IMG/VR virus record: IMGVR_UViG_3300027747_002198
Location: 97,800 to 161,799 of that record
Direction: 5' to 3' (one strand)
Length of the DNA stretch: 64,000 bases
Source: a virus
Part shown: positions 39,348 to 48,426 of the stretch, piece after piece
How the letters are laid out: the number at the start of each line of letters is the position of its first letter
Position numbering within the stretch: position 1 is the stretch's first letter
Program-made: the position numbers and the translations under genes
Notes under the pieces: generated by a model
Told to the model about the DNA's origin: nothing
Seen by the model: the letters and a program-made list of their open reading frames with translations, nothing else
The model's database searches: none

Positions 39348-39399
39348 TATAGTGCTTATAATAAGCCTTATTAGATAGGGCTTATTAGTAAGTATTATA
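39348..39399 (+). other. long bulged-A RNA hairpin (copy 1)
   Basis: TATAGTGCTTAT/GTAAGTATTATA lower stem; AATAAGCCTTA/TAGGGCTTATT upper stem. Confidence 0.7.
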
Positions 39400-39613
39400 G
39401 GACGCTCAGGAACGCATAGAATGGTACTGATTAACTTAGAAACAGCTCGGAAAATCTCTCAGGATTAACCAGGATAATCTAGGATAATCTGAGGCACAAA
39501 CTAAGAGCCGCAGTGAGCACCATATTAGCGACTATTATGGCGACTATATTACTTTTAGTTATATAGAATCATTTTTGTTATATTATTAAGTTATTAACAG
39601 GAGCATTATCAGT

Positions 39614-39913
39614 ATGAATATAGTGGAAGATAATGATTTAGACAATATTGTATTATGCCACGAGGTATTGAATATTGCTCAGGAAGTATTATCAGAGCGG
39701 GATTATGATATTGTTTTACATTATATTCTCGATAATGGTACTAATAAGCAGTTAGGTAGTGATTATGGTATATCTGGTTCTCGTATTATTCAGATATACA
39801 ATAGAGCAATAAGGACTATTATCGGTGCTTTATCCTATGAGAAAATGGTATGGATGAATGGTCAATATTATAAAGTTATTAAAAGTAAATTATTAGATTG
39901 TGAAAGGGTTTGA
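39614..39913 (+). CDS. stand-alone sigma70 region-4-like HTH protein
   Basis: LSERDYDIV..GTNKQLGSDYGISGSRIIQIYNRAIRTI resembles sigma region 4.2; AGGAG RBS. Confidence 0.65.
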   Translation: MNIVEDNDLDNIVLCHEVLNIAQEVLSERDYDIVLHYILDNGTNKQLGSDYGISGSRIIQIYNRAIRTIIGALSYEKMVWMNGQYYKVIKSKLLDCERV

Positions 39914-39915
39914 TT

Positions 39916-40062
39916 ATGAGTAAAAAGCATTATATTATCGTAGCAAAATCGTTATTGGAGAATAAAGCATCATTCCAATTATGTTCTGATTTAGCCATTC
40001 AGTTTAAAAATGATAATCGGTTATTTGATATTAACCGTTTTCTTACTGCTTGTGGTCATTGA
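39916..40062 (+). CDS. small hypothetical protein (not in ORF track)
   Basis: MSKKHYIIVA..FKNDNRLFDINRFLTAC, 48 aa. Confidence 0.55.
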   Translation: MSKKHYIIVAKSLLENKASFQLCSDLAIQFKNDNRLFDINRFLTACGH

Positions 40063-40064
40063 TT

Positions 40065-40235
40065 ATGAGTAATATTAAGAAATTGGTCGAAGATTTTGAT
40101 TACTATTTTGACAATAATAATTCTGGTGTCGAAATATGTGGTATTAAGTATTTGGCATCGGAGATATTGTTTAATCTTAATCCAGATGCGTATCAAGTAG
40201 AATTTGATACTTGGTTGGAGAATTATAATGAATAA
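40065..40235 (+). CDS. hypothetical protein
   Basis: Packed ORF. Confidence 0.55.
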   Translation: MSNIKKLVEDFDYYFDNNNSGVEICGIKYLASEILFNLNPDAYQVEFDTWLENYNE

Positions 40236-40459
40236 AGTGGTTATTATTGGTTTGATTATACTATTGGCATATCATTTTGCTGATATTGATAATCAGTTTA
40301 GGGTAATGAGTGGTAATATTAGAATAGAAAAGGCACTATAATGAATTATTCATTTACTTGTGGTGGTATCGATTTTGAGAGTTTAGAATTAGCGGTTGAA
40401 TATGCTAATATTGAATATATGCGGTCTGGTGTTATTCTCGGTATTGAAAAGGTGATATT

Positions 40460-40657
40460 ATGATTAAGGACGGTTCTAGAGTTATTGGTTTATATGGTAA
40501 TAATACTATTATCGGTAAAGTATTAACCAGTAGGTATTATGGTCGTGAGTTTCTTTATACTGTAGCGTTAGATACTCCATTATCATTTAGATGGCGGGAT
40601 AATCCAGTATCGGTAGCATTATTATCGGAAAAAGAAATACATTATGCTCCGTTATAA
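40460..40657 (+). CDS. hypothetical protein
   Basis: AAGGTG RBS. Confidence 0.6.
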   Translation: MIKDGSRVIGLYGNNTIIGKVLTSRYYGREFLYTVALDTPLSFRWRDNPVSVALLSEKEIHYAPL

Positions 40658-40660
40658 TAC

Positions 40661-40754
40661 CGTTGTTCCGATACAACAGGTTAGTAGTTATTCACCAAGT
40701 ATTTGTATCGGAATATGCCATATTGCTTGTGGTGTATTCCAATGCCTGTATAAT
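40661..40754 (+). promoter_or_regulatory. palindrome plus promoter
   Basis: CGTTG-N8-CAACA at 40661-40678; TTGTGG-N16-TATAAT. Confidence 0.7.
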
Positions 40755-40842
40755 GGTTTTATTCATTGAGCAGTATATTAAGCATTAAAACGGTTAAGCA
40801 GCATTCTATTGATTATTGATTTTATTAGAAAAGGTTTATATT

Positions 40843-41592
40843 ATGAATTTATTATCTGTTGGTAATCCCAAAACATTAAAAGGCATGAAGCAAGGTTATA
40901 ATACCTATATTTTGCATTTAGCACCTGCTACATTATCTGGTTTTAATACTTGTCCAAAAGCGACTCACGGTTGCGCTTCTGCCTGTTTAAATACTGCTGG
41001 TCGTGGCGGTATGTTTAAAAAAGGCGAGAATACTAATAATATTCAGAAAGCTCGTATTCGTAAAACACAATTATTCTATGATAATCGTGCGGAGTTTATG
41101 CGTTTATTGGTTGCTGATATTAACTTGGCGATTAAGCAATCTACTAAAAAAGGTCTTATTCCAGTATTCCGTTTAAATGGTACTAGCGATTTATCATGGG
41201 AAAAGTATCCCGTTAAAATGGGTAATGTATATTATACCAATATCTTTGAAGCATTTGGTTATGTGCAGTTTTACGATTATACTAAGGTTCTCGGTCGTAA
41301 AGTTAAGCATATTCCCAATTATCATTTAACATTTTCTGCTGCTGATGGTAATGATAATGATGTATATTCAGCAATTCAGCAAGGTTATAATATTGCTACA
41401 GTATTTGGTATCAAGAAAACAGAACCAATGCCAGAGTATTATAATGGTTTGCCTGTATTTAATGGTGATGAAAGCGATTTACGCTTTTTAGATCCAAAAG
41501 GTGTTGTGGTTGGTTTATATGCCAAAGGTAAAGCGAAAAAAGATAATACTGGTTTCGTTAAGTATCCAACAATTATGTTAAAAGCAGCGTGA
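40843..41592 (+). CDS. GP88-like (radical-SAM-related) phage protein
   Basis: CPKATHGCASACLNTAGRG, RLNGTSD, FYDYTK, YHLTFS, GDESDLRFLD, GLYAKGKA. Confidence 0.75.
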   Translation: MNLLSVGNPKTLKGMKQGYNTYILHLAPATLSGFNTCPKATHGCASACLNTAGRGGMFKKGENTNNIQKARIRKTQLFYDNRAEFMRLLVADINLAIKQSTKKGLIPVFRLNGTSDLSWEKYPVKMGNVYYTNIFEAFGYVQFYDYTKVLGRKVKHIPNYHLTFSAADGNDNDVYSAIQQGYNIATVFGIKKTEPMPEYYNGLPVFNGDESDLRFLDPKGVVVGLYAKGKAKKDNTGFVKYPTIMLKAA

Positions 41593-41639
41593 TTTTATAG
41601 TAACCACTAACAATATAGTGGTTATTAGTAAGATTATGT
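41587..41639 (+). other. long bulged-A RNA hairpin (copy 2)
   Basis: GCGTGATTTTAT/GTAAGATTATGT lower stem; AGTAACCACTA/TAGTGGTTATT upper stem. Confidence 0.7.
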
Positions 41640-41666
41640 AAGTAGTAATTAACTAAAGGAGTTTAT

Positions 41667-42245
41667 ATGCCAAATTGGTGCAATAATGTTGTAGAATTAT
41701 CCCATGAGAATCCAGAAATGATGACAAGAGCGGTAAAGTCATTTAATGATGGTTCTTTTTTAAATGAGTTTGTGCCTGTACCAAAAGATTTGCAGATTAC
41801 TGCAGGTTCTCTTGGTGATACGCCTGAGCAAAAAGCATTAGAATTGCAAGAGCAGGCAAATATCAAAAAGCACGGTTATGCCAATTGGTATGATTATTGC
41901 GTAAATGAATGGGGTACCAAGTGGGATATTGAACCATATGAACCAGTATCATTAGGTGAAGATGGCAGATTAACCATGAGTTTTGATTCTGCCTGGTCGC
42001 CTCCATGCAATGCCTATGAGAAATTGGTAGATTTAGGTTTCTCAGTGCGTGCTTACTATAATGAGTGTGGTATGTGCTTTGCTGGTGTCTGGGAAGATGG
42101 TATTGATGATTATTACCCATATGACGATTGTGCTAATTCTGATGAGGTAGCAGAATTTCTGCCAGAAGTGTTGGATGATATGTTTGGTATTTCTCAATCT
42201 ATGGCGGAATACGAAGCAGAAAACGAAGAAGAAAGCGAAGAATAA
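41667..42245 (+). CDS. DUF1281/Api92-like ferredoxin-fold protein
   Basis: MPNWCNN, WYDYCVNEWGTKWD, FDSAWSPP, YYNECGMCFAG. Confidence 0.8.
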   Translation: MPNWCNNVVELSHENPEMMTRAVKSFNDGSFLNEFVPVPKDLQITAGSLGDTPEQKALELQEQANIKKHGYANWYDYCVNEWGTKWDIEPYEPVSLGEDGRLTMSFDSAWSPPCNAYEKLVDLGFSVRAYYNECGMCFAGVWEDGIDDYYPYDDCANSDEVAEFLPEVLDDMFGISQSMAEYEAENEEESEE

Positions 42246-42544
42246 TGGATTTATTTGAATTGATTGATGATGTAACAGAATTAACCGATACATTTGTTGG
42301 TAAGATGGGTCAAGTGCCTGCCAAGCAATTAGGACTTGACCATCGTTGCGGTAAACTGTTTGTAACACCAGATTGTATTGGTGTTTATAAAGGTAGTGAC
42401 CGTGCATTACAGTATTATGGTGGTTTTGAGTATGTTGATTCTGAATATCGGCATGAATTTGGTGATTATGTATTCTATTCAGCAGAAGCTGGTAGAGTCC
42501 GTGATTGTTTAGAGCATTATTTGAATATTATGGATGAGGTATAA
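42245..42544 (+). CDS. hypothetical protein
   Basis: TAATG coupling; LGLDHRCG..LQYYGGFEYV. Confidence 0.7.
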   Translation: MDLFELIDDVTELTDTFVGKMGQVPAKQLGLDHRCGKLFVTPDCIGVYKGSDRALQYYGGFEYVDSEYRHEFGDYVFYSAEAGRVRDCLEHYLNIMDEV

Positions 42545-42773
42545 TATGGTAATGAGTTTTAAACCTAAATGGCGGGATAATGCCATTGATACATTGGTGG
42601 CAGATGATATTGATACTATTTTAACTGCCAAAGGTGAATATAATGATGAATTCTTTTTATCAGAAATATTAAGCAGTGGTTTCAGAGGTTATAATTCTTT
42701 CACCGATGAAGAATTAGAAAAAGAATTGGTAGAGCGTGATATTTCAACAGTATTTGGAGAAAATGATGACTAA
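42534..42773 (+). CDS. hypothetical protein
   Basis: Packed ORF; start uncertain. Confidence 0.6.
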   Translation: MRYNMVMSFKPKWRDNAIDTLVADDIDTILTAKGEYNDEFFLSEILSSGFRGYNSFTDEELEKELVERDISTVFGENDD

Positions 42774-42963
42774 TCAAAAAATGGTTGAAAAACTAAAAAG
42801 GGCACAAGCATTATTATCTGATGTATATAATTATGCTTGTGATGAAGGATTGGAAGATATTGAAAGTCAAATGAGCTGCGCTGATAGTTGTATTATTGAT
42901 TCATTGGATGCCTTTGACCAAATCGAAGAGCAATTAATTGATGACGCTTCATGGAGGGCATAA
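42763..42963 (+). CDS. hypothetical protein
   Basis: GGAG RBS. Confidence 0.6.
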   Translation: MMTNQKMVEKLKRAQALLSDVYNYACDEGLEDIESQMSCADSCIIDSLDAFDQIEEQLIDDASWRA

Positions 42964-43151
42964 TGGAAGTATATATTGTAAAATCCGGCCAGTTAATTGA
43001 TTTGGTTGGATGGGAATGGTTGAATCTCAGAGCTTTTACTGATTATGATAAAGCAGAAGAATTTATGTGGTCAGTTGAAAAACAGATTTCACCAGAGCGA
43101 TTTGGTGTGAAGGAAGATGTAGAAATTGAAACATTAACATTGGAGCAATAA
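42963..43151 (+). CDS. hypothetical protein
   Basis: TAATG coupling; GGAGG RBS. Confidence 0.6.
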   Translation: MEVYIVKSGQLIDLVGWEWLNLRAFTDYDKAEEFMWSVEKQISPERFGVKEDVEIETLTLEQ

Positions 43152-43289
43152 TGAGTAAATGGGACTTTGTGGTAAGTGAGTTAAAATCGTTGCAACAAGG
43201 TTTTGAGGATCATCAGGCGATTACCGAATTGTTTGTGGAACAAAAGCTGTTGTGTGGATATAAAATCGTTGATAAAAAGGTATACAAAG

Positions 43290-43356
43290 CATAAATAGGT
43301 GTAGGCCACGATATTACCAGTATCCGCCTACTCTAACATTGTAAAGGAATGCCAGC
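43290..43356 (+). promoter_or_regulatory. late promoter plus structured leader (copy B)
   Basis: CATAAATA, GTAGGC/GCCTAC stem, TACTCTAA, CATT-GTAAAGG-AATG hairpin, CAGC-ATG. Confidence 0.75.
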
Positions 43357-43881
43357 ATGATTATATATCATAATCTCCAAACCGTAGACCAAAACCTATT
43401 GCACCAATTGTTTGAATACCATGATGGTGAATTGTATTGGAAAATCAAACCAGCAATTAGAATCAGAAAAGGTGATATTGTTGGTAATGTGCGTGAAGAT
43501 ACTGGTTATCGTGTAGTTTCTTTATTTGATAAGAAATATGCGGTACATCGGTTGATTTTCTTATATCATCACGGTTATATTCCTAAAATGTTGGATCATA
43601 TTGATGGTAATAAATCAAATAATAGAATTGAAAATTTAAGAGAATGTGATTCGTATCAAAATAATCAAAATGCCAAAAGAAGAAAAGATAATACTTCAGG
43701 TATTAAAGGTGTTTACTTGTTGAAAACTGGAAAATATGCCAAAAATAATAAGTGGATGGCATTTTTTAATAGTAACAAAAAAAGAATATATTTGGGAGTA
43801 TTTGAAAAGAAAGAAGATGCTGAAAATATTATTCGTGAATATAGAGAAAAACACCACGGTGAATTTACTAATCATGGATAG
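43357..43881 (+). mobile_element. free-standing HNH homing endonuclease with AP2-like C-terminus
   Basis: YAVHRLIFLYHHG..LDHIDGNKSNNRIENLREC..NNQN..NTSGIKGV..IYLGVF. Confidence 0.9.
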
Positions 43882-43975
43882 TGTTGTTTGGATACAACAC
43901 AATTTGAAGTATTGACCAAAGAATCTGTATTAAACCTAACACAAAGCTTGTAGTATTAACCAATGCCTGTATAAT
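43882..43975 (+). promoter_or_regulatory. palindrome plus promoter
   Basis: TGTTG-N8-CAACA at 43882-43899; TTGTAG-N16-TATAAT. Confidence 0.7.
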
Positions 43976-44002
43976 GGTACTATAAATTGATGAGGAGTTA
44001 TT

Positions 44003-44287
44003 ATGTTGAAATTTGAAGGAATTGCCAAAGTAGGCGACATTATAAGAGCGTATGATTTCCGTCCAATGGCTGGTCGTGACGATGCGTTTATTGAAGGTGT
44101 GGTTATTGATGATAATAATAATGAGCAAGGTTTTAAAGCATTTAAAGTAAAAGTTACTGCTGACAAGTTTCTGAAATATGAAACCAAGGCAACCAAGAAT
44201 AATCGCATTGGTTTAGATATTTTCGTACCACACGAAACTGGTTTTATGGAATTTGATTTTAGAGTAATAAATTTAAGTAAAGTATAA
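44003..44287 (+). CDS. hypothetical protein
   Basis: GAGGAG RBS; VGDIIRAYDF. Confidence 0.7.
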   Translation: MLKFEGIAKVGDIIRAYDFRPMAGRDDAFIEGVVIDDNNNEQGFKAFKVKVTADKFLKYETKATKNNRIGLDIFVPHETGFMEFDFRVINLSKV

Positions 44288-44341
44288 TGTTTGAATGTGG
44301 CATCCTGTCGGGTGTAAGACCACATCTTTTTAGGATATATT

Positions 44342-44656
44342 ATGGATTATCGTTTAAAAGAAATAGCAATGTGCCAAGTATTAGAAAATTATCAGGCACC
44401 AATTGGTTTTCGTTCAAAGTTTAAAGGTGTACCAATTGGTCAATATGAAGATGTAAAACGATTTATTGATTTTACCAAGTATTATGTAATGTTCCGTGGT
44501 CCTCGTAATCGTGGTGCATCATCTACTCGTAAGCGTGATGCTAAAGCGTTTGATATTTACCAGCGTAGCAATCGTGATACGCAATTGATTAGAACCGAGC
44601 GTGAAGCATTTATGCGTGGCGTTGAATGGCAAAGGAATCAGTATGTCAATATATAA
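44342..44656 (+). CDS. hypothetical protein
   Basis: AGGA RBS; FKGVP..FRGPR. Confidence 0.65.
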   Translation: MDYRLKEIAMCQVLENYQAPIGFRSKFKGVPIGQYEDVKRFIDFTKYYVMFRGPRNRGASSTRKRDAKAFDIYQRSNRDTQLIRTEREAFMRGVEWQRNQYVNI

Positions 44657-44966
44657 AGATTTAGATTTATGCGTGCAAGAGTATGTTGCACATTTGCAAA
44701 AAGATTATGATAGTAAAGGCGGCAACCAATTCATAGAGTTTCATTATGAATTAGGTCGTAAATATATCCATGTGATTATGCACCATGTTGGTCAATTTAG
44801 TGTTAATCAACGCAGTTCACATTCATGGATTATGATTGATGACGATAAGAAGTTTAAGCGTGGCGATATATTAAAATCGGCAAGTTGGCGTGCTCCTGCT
44901 CGTAACTTTTCCCGTGGTAATGTATTATGTGGTGGTTTTAAACATATTAAATGGGCTGGCGTATGA
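44643..44966 (+). CDS. conserved phage hypothetical protein
   Basis: GRKYIHV..GDILKSASWRAPARNFSRGNV. Confidence 0.7.
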   Translation: MSIYKDLDLCVQEYVAHLQKDYDSKGGNQFIEFHYELGRKYIHVIMHHVGQFSVNQRSSHSWIMIDDDKKFKRGDILKSASWRAPARNFSRGNVLCGGFKHIKWAGV

Positions 44967-45154
44967 GTAGATTTATTGATGGTTTGATAACTGATATAGT
45001 TAATGATGATATGTTAGTCATTAAGAAAATGAAAAAGGCAGAGATTGTCAAATTCACCGAAACATTATTACAAAATAATTATCGTGAATTACTTGATGAA
45101 TCTATTATTGAAGAATACGAAGAACGGTTTGATACACATTTAGCGAGATATTGA
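44963..45154 (+). CDS. hypothetical protein
   Basis: ATGA overlap. Confidence 0.55.
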   Translation: MSRFIDGLITDIVNDDMLVIKKMKKAEIVKFTETLLQNNYRELLDESIIEEYEERFDTHLARY

Positions 45155-45156
45155 TT

Positions 45157-45408
45157 ATGAGTCACCATTTAGATAATTTTACTGTTGATGAGTTGCAAAG
45201 TTATTTTTCGGATTTCCATAAAGATTATTATGGATTCCGTCCTCGCTTTGCAACACCAGAGCAATGGCAAAACCGTGATTGGTTAGTAGAACATATTAAT
45301 GCCATTCATGACGCCATGGATGAATTGAAGAAAACACCAGAAGGCCGTGAGCAATTGCGTGCAGAAGGCTGGGTTATTGATGAACCTTATATTGATATAG
45401 AGGATTAA
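45157..45408 (+). CDS. hypothetical protein
   Basis: YFSDFHKDYYGFRPR motif. Confidence 0.65.
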   Translation: MSHHLDNFTVDELQSYFSDFHKDYYGFRPRFATPEQWQNRDWLVEHINAIHDAMDELKKTPEGREQLRAEGWVIDEPYIDIED

Positions 45409-45410
45409 TT

Positions 45411-45644
45411 ATGAGTTATGATGCGGATTATGAAAGCGTATACATGGTTGAGTTTGAATCTGGTAGAACCATTCATGTGCAATTCTTTGATGTTCAGGAA
45501 GTAAAAGAGTATTGTGCAGATAACCATACTGGTGATGTTATCAAATCAATCTATAAAGAAGTTTATTGTAATTTTGCAGAAGATGATTGTGATGGCCAAC
45601 CTGATGAAGCTCAAGAATGGCACGATTTTGATCCGGAGTGTTAA
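45411..45644 (+). CDS. hypothetical protein
   Basis: GAGGA RBS; DGQPDEAQEWHDFDPEC C-terminus. Confidence 0.65.
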   Translation: MSYDADYESVYMVEFESGRTIHVQFFDVQEVKEYCADNHTGDVIKSIYKEVYCNFAEDDCDGQPDEAQEWHDFDPEC

Positions 45645-46015
45645 TGTCAATTAGATATTCAACCAATTGGATGGGTGTTATCAATATGCAATGGTATATT
45701 GACCGTGGATTAATCAAAAGAGTAACACGAACACTTACCGAAGATTCTAAATTAACTGGCAGAAAAGCTGGTGAATCATTTGAGTATAATGAGATTACTC
45801 AATCATATTCGTGTGGTCGTATTGATTGCCGTGGTGATGATTTAGGACCATATGGTGCAGAGATTAGTATACCGCCAATGACTGAGCAAGATTGGGGTAG
45901 GTTTAGTAGATGGTTGAATACATTTGAAACTGATGCAATGTGGAAATTCAAAGATATTGTTGAATTGTATGAGAGAGATAATCCAAAAATAACTTGGGCT
46001 GAGGGATATGAATAA
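45644..46015 (+). CDS. hypothetical protein
   Basis: TAATG coupling. Confidence 0.65.
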   Translation: MSIRYSTNWMGVINMQWYIDRGLIKRVTRTLTEDSKLTGRKAGESFEYNEITQSYSCGRIDCRGDDLGPYGAEISIPPMTEQDWGRFSRWLNTFETDAMWKFKDIVELYERDNPKITWAEGYE

Positions 46016-46162
46016 ACATTGTAAAGGATGTAAATCACACTACAATGCTGGTCATGAGAAAACCAGTCCTTATGCCAAAGCTCATAATGATTGGTGTCGT
46101 AAATTTGGTAAAACTGCCAAAGATGCTATTGGTGAATGTAAATTGAAAAATGGAAAAACATT

Positions 46163-46471
46163 ATGAAAGATAATGTTGTAGAATTTGCCAAATGGTGGAA
46201 ATCTGTTTACAAAGAGAAATTGGCCGCTGTATATATTGATGAAAGATTTACAAACGATAAGAGATATGAAATGAAAACAATAACAGAACATAACGACCAA
46301 GCCATTCAAACAGTTGCTCAATTAGCAAGCAGAACTATGGCTGGTGTTTTGTGCGACAAATGCAAGGTGGAAATGTATTACATGAACCCAAATATGGTGT
46401 TGGCTTGTATTCCACCAAAAATGACTGTGGTTTGCCCAAACTGTAGTGAAGTTAATTACAAAATTAGATAA
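46163..46471 (+). CDS. zinc-ribbon hypothetical protein
   Basis: CDKC..CPNC; start uncertain. Confidence 0.55.
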   Translation: MKDNVVEFAKWWKSVYKEKLAAVYIDERFTNDKRYEMKTITEHNDQAIQTVAQLASRTMAGVLCDKCKVEMYYMNPNMVLACIPPKMTVVCPNCSEVNYKIR

Positions 46472-46487
46472 GAAAGGCACGATAAGA

Positions 46488-46718
46488 ATGAACGAGAAGA
46501 TTAAAGAACTTGCTATCAAATCATGGTTAGTTAGTGAACATAAAGGTAAACTACTGAGTTGCTATCGGGAAGATGTGGACTTGACAAAATACTTGGAAGA
46601 GTTTGCTGAGTTAATTGTTCAGGAATGTGCTGAATGGATTAAAAATACTGATTCAGATCCAGACATTGGTGAGGAAGATGCTAGAGCATTATTAGAACAT
46701 TTTGGAGTAGAAAAATGA
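46488..46718 (+). CDS. hypothetical protein
   Basis: MNEKIKELA..FAELIVQEC..HFGVE motif. Confidence 0.65.
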   Translation: MNEKIKELAIKSWLVSEHKGKLLSCYREDVDLTKYLEEFAELIVQECAEWIKNTDSDPDIGEEDARALLEHFGVEK

Positions 46719-46909
46719 AAGTAAGATATGTAACACGACAGAATCATGTGACCCAAGAGGATATAGATTTTTATGGCCGTGAGCACCAAATAGGCTGGAG
46801 AGCGGTTAAAGAAAAGTTAGAGGACAAGGTTGGTCCTATATTACAGTATTGGGACTATGAGAATCAAACTTGGGTAGATGCTGAATCAGTTACGGAATAT
46901 AGAAAATGA
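46715..46909 (+). CDS. hypothetical protein
   Basis: ATGA overlap. Confidence 0.55.
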   Translation: MKVRYVTRQNHVTQEDIDFYGREHQIGWRAVKEKLEDKVGPILQYWDYENQTWVDAESVTEYRK

Positions 46910-47094
46910 ACACAATTTATCCAACAACCACGATTGAATCACAAGGCCTTCAATACGCTTCAATAATTGATATGGGTGATAAGGTTAGGATTCAATTGTA
47001 TCCTAACCAAGTGAATAAAACAATGTTTATTAATATTGATAAACGAGTGGTATCTGAATTGATTAGAGCTTTAGAAAAGGTAGAACAATGGTAA
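46906..47094 (+). CDS. hypothetical protein
   Basis: ATGA overlap. Confidence 0.55.
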   Translation: MNTIYPTTTIESQGLQYASIIDMGDKVRIQLYPNQVNKTMFINIDKRVVSELIRALEKVEQW

Positions 47095-47357
47095 TGAACG
47101 CAAATGAATTAGCAGATGAATTAGAAGACTGTGAGCCATACAATGTTATGGATACCCATTTATTTAAAGCCACTGCCACCATGCTACGCCAGCAACAAAC
47201 AGATTTAGATATTGCATTGAATTATATCAAACAATATGAATTACAAATAAAAGATTTGAAACAACAGGTGGCATTTTTAGAGGACTGGCGTGATACATGG
47301 TCACCTACTATTAAGCAGTTGATGAATATTAATGTAAAGGTTAATGATGGGAATTAG
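47094..47357 (+). CDS. hypothetical protein
   Basis: MNANELADEL..ATMLRQQQ motif. Confidence 0.6.
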   Translation: MNANELADELEDCEPYNVMDTHLFKATATMLRQQQTDLDIALNYIKQYELQIKDLKQQVAFLEDWRDTWSPTIKQLMNINVKVNDGN

Positions 47358-47742
47358 TGCGTATAAAGAAGTTACAGAATGGAACAATCCAGAGTTCCGA
47401 GTACCTCAAAATGTATATCTTTTTGATGGTAAGTCCAATGCTTTGGCATATGTTAAAGAAAGTGGTGGTGAGATTTTTATATTTAAAAAGCCATTACCAA
47501 TTGATACTCGCAGGCGTAAGTTTATCAAGGTCAAACATGAAGCTTTGGACTCGTATGGCGCAACGGTGGTGCTTGATGTACCTAACCTTGAGAATACGCC
47601 TCATTGGTCAGTTAAGAGTGATTCAGGCAAGACCTATACAGTCACATTGGAGAGTGGTAGATATACCTGTAATTGTATTGGATTTGCATATAGGGGAGCT
47701 TGCAAGCACTCAAAACAAATTAAAGAGGAACAAGAGAAATGA
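47344..47742 (+). CDS. SWIM zinc-finger protein
   Basis: YTV..YTCNCIGFAYRGACKH (CxC..CKH). Confidence 0.75.
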   Translation: MMGISAYKEVTEWNNPEFRVPQNVYLFDGKSNALAYVKESGGEIFIFKKPLPIDTRRRKFIKVKHEALDSYGATVVLDVPNLENTPHWSVKSDSGKTYTVTLESGRYTCNCIGFAYRGACKHSKQIKEEQEK

Positions 47743-47973
47743 AGTGCAAACACAACGGATGTGAAAAAGAAAGGTTTTGGCGATTATGGGCTGTTGGGTA
47801 TTGCTATGACCATGCTTTTAAATATGCAAGAAAGGCACAAGAGAAATGAAAATTAATTTTTATAAAACATCATGGTTTAAAGGCGGAGCATTTCATTGGA
47901 ATAATATTCGCCTCAATAATGGTGATGTATATACAAGTTATCGATTTGGACCAATATTAATAAAGGTGAGAAA

Positions 47974-48216
47974 ATGCTAATTAAGTTATTAAATGTAAAA
48001 GAAAATCCTGATGGTTCTGCCAATGTGGATGTTAAATATGATGAAGAAGGAATGAAGCTTCTTATCGAGCGTGGAGTTATCTCCATTTTGGAAGATTATA
48101 TAAAACAAGAAAAAGGTGGACATGAACCACAATCCGAACGCAGAACATCTACGCCAGCTTTTATTCAAGCAAATAAAAGACATAACATTAAAAGGCGGAA
48201 TAAGCTTGTATTATGA
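47974..48216 (+). CDS. hypothetical protein
   Basis: AAGGTG RBS; ENPDGSA motif. Confidence 0.55.
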   Translation: MLIKLLNVKENPDGSANVDVKYDEEGMKLLIERGVISILEDYIKQEKGGHEPQSERRTSTPAFIQANKRHNIKRRNKLVL

Positions 48217-48426
48217 TATACTAGATGAAATTGAACGCTGTGATATTATGGACGAAGAAGATTTAGACAGAAGATTATTAAAGAAATGAATAATGAAACC
48301 CTTTTTGATTATACTAAAATATAATGGTTATACTAAAACCACTATAATAAACCATATTGATGCTGGTTCAGCATTGGCTTTAGCATATAAAAAGTTCCCT
48401 GATGTATTAAAATGTAGGATTATAAA

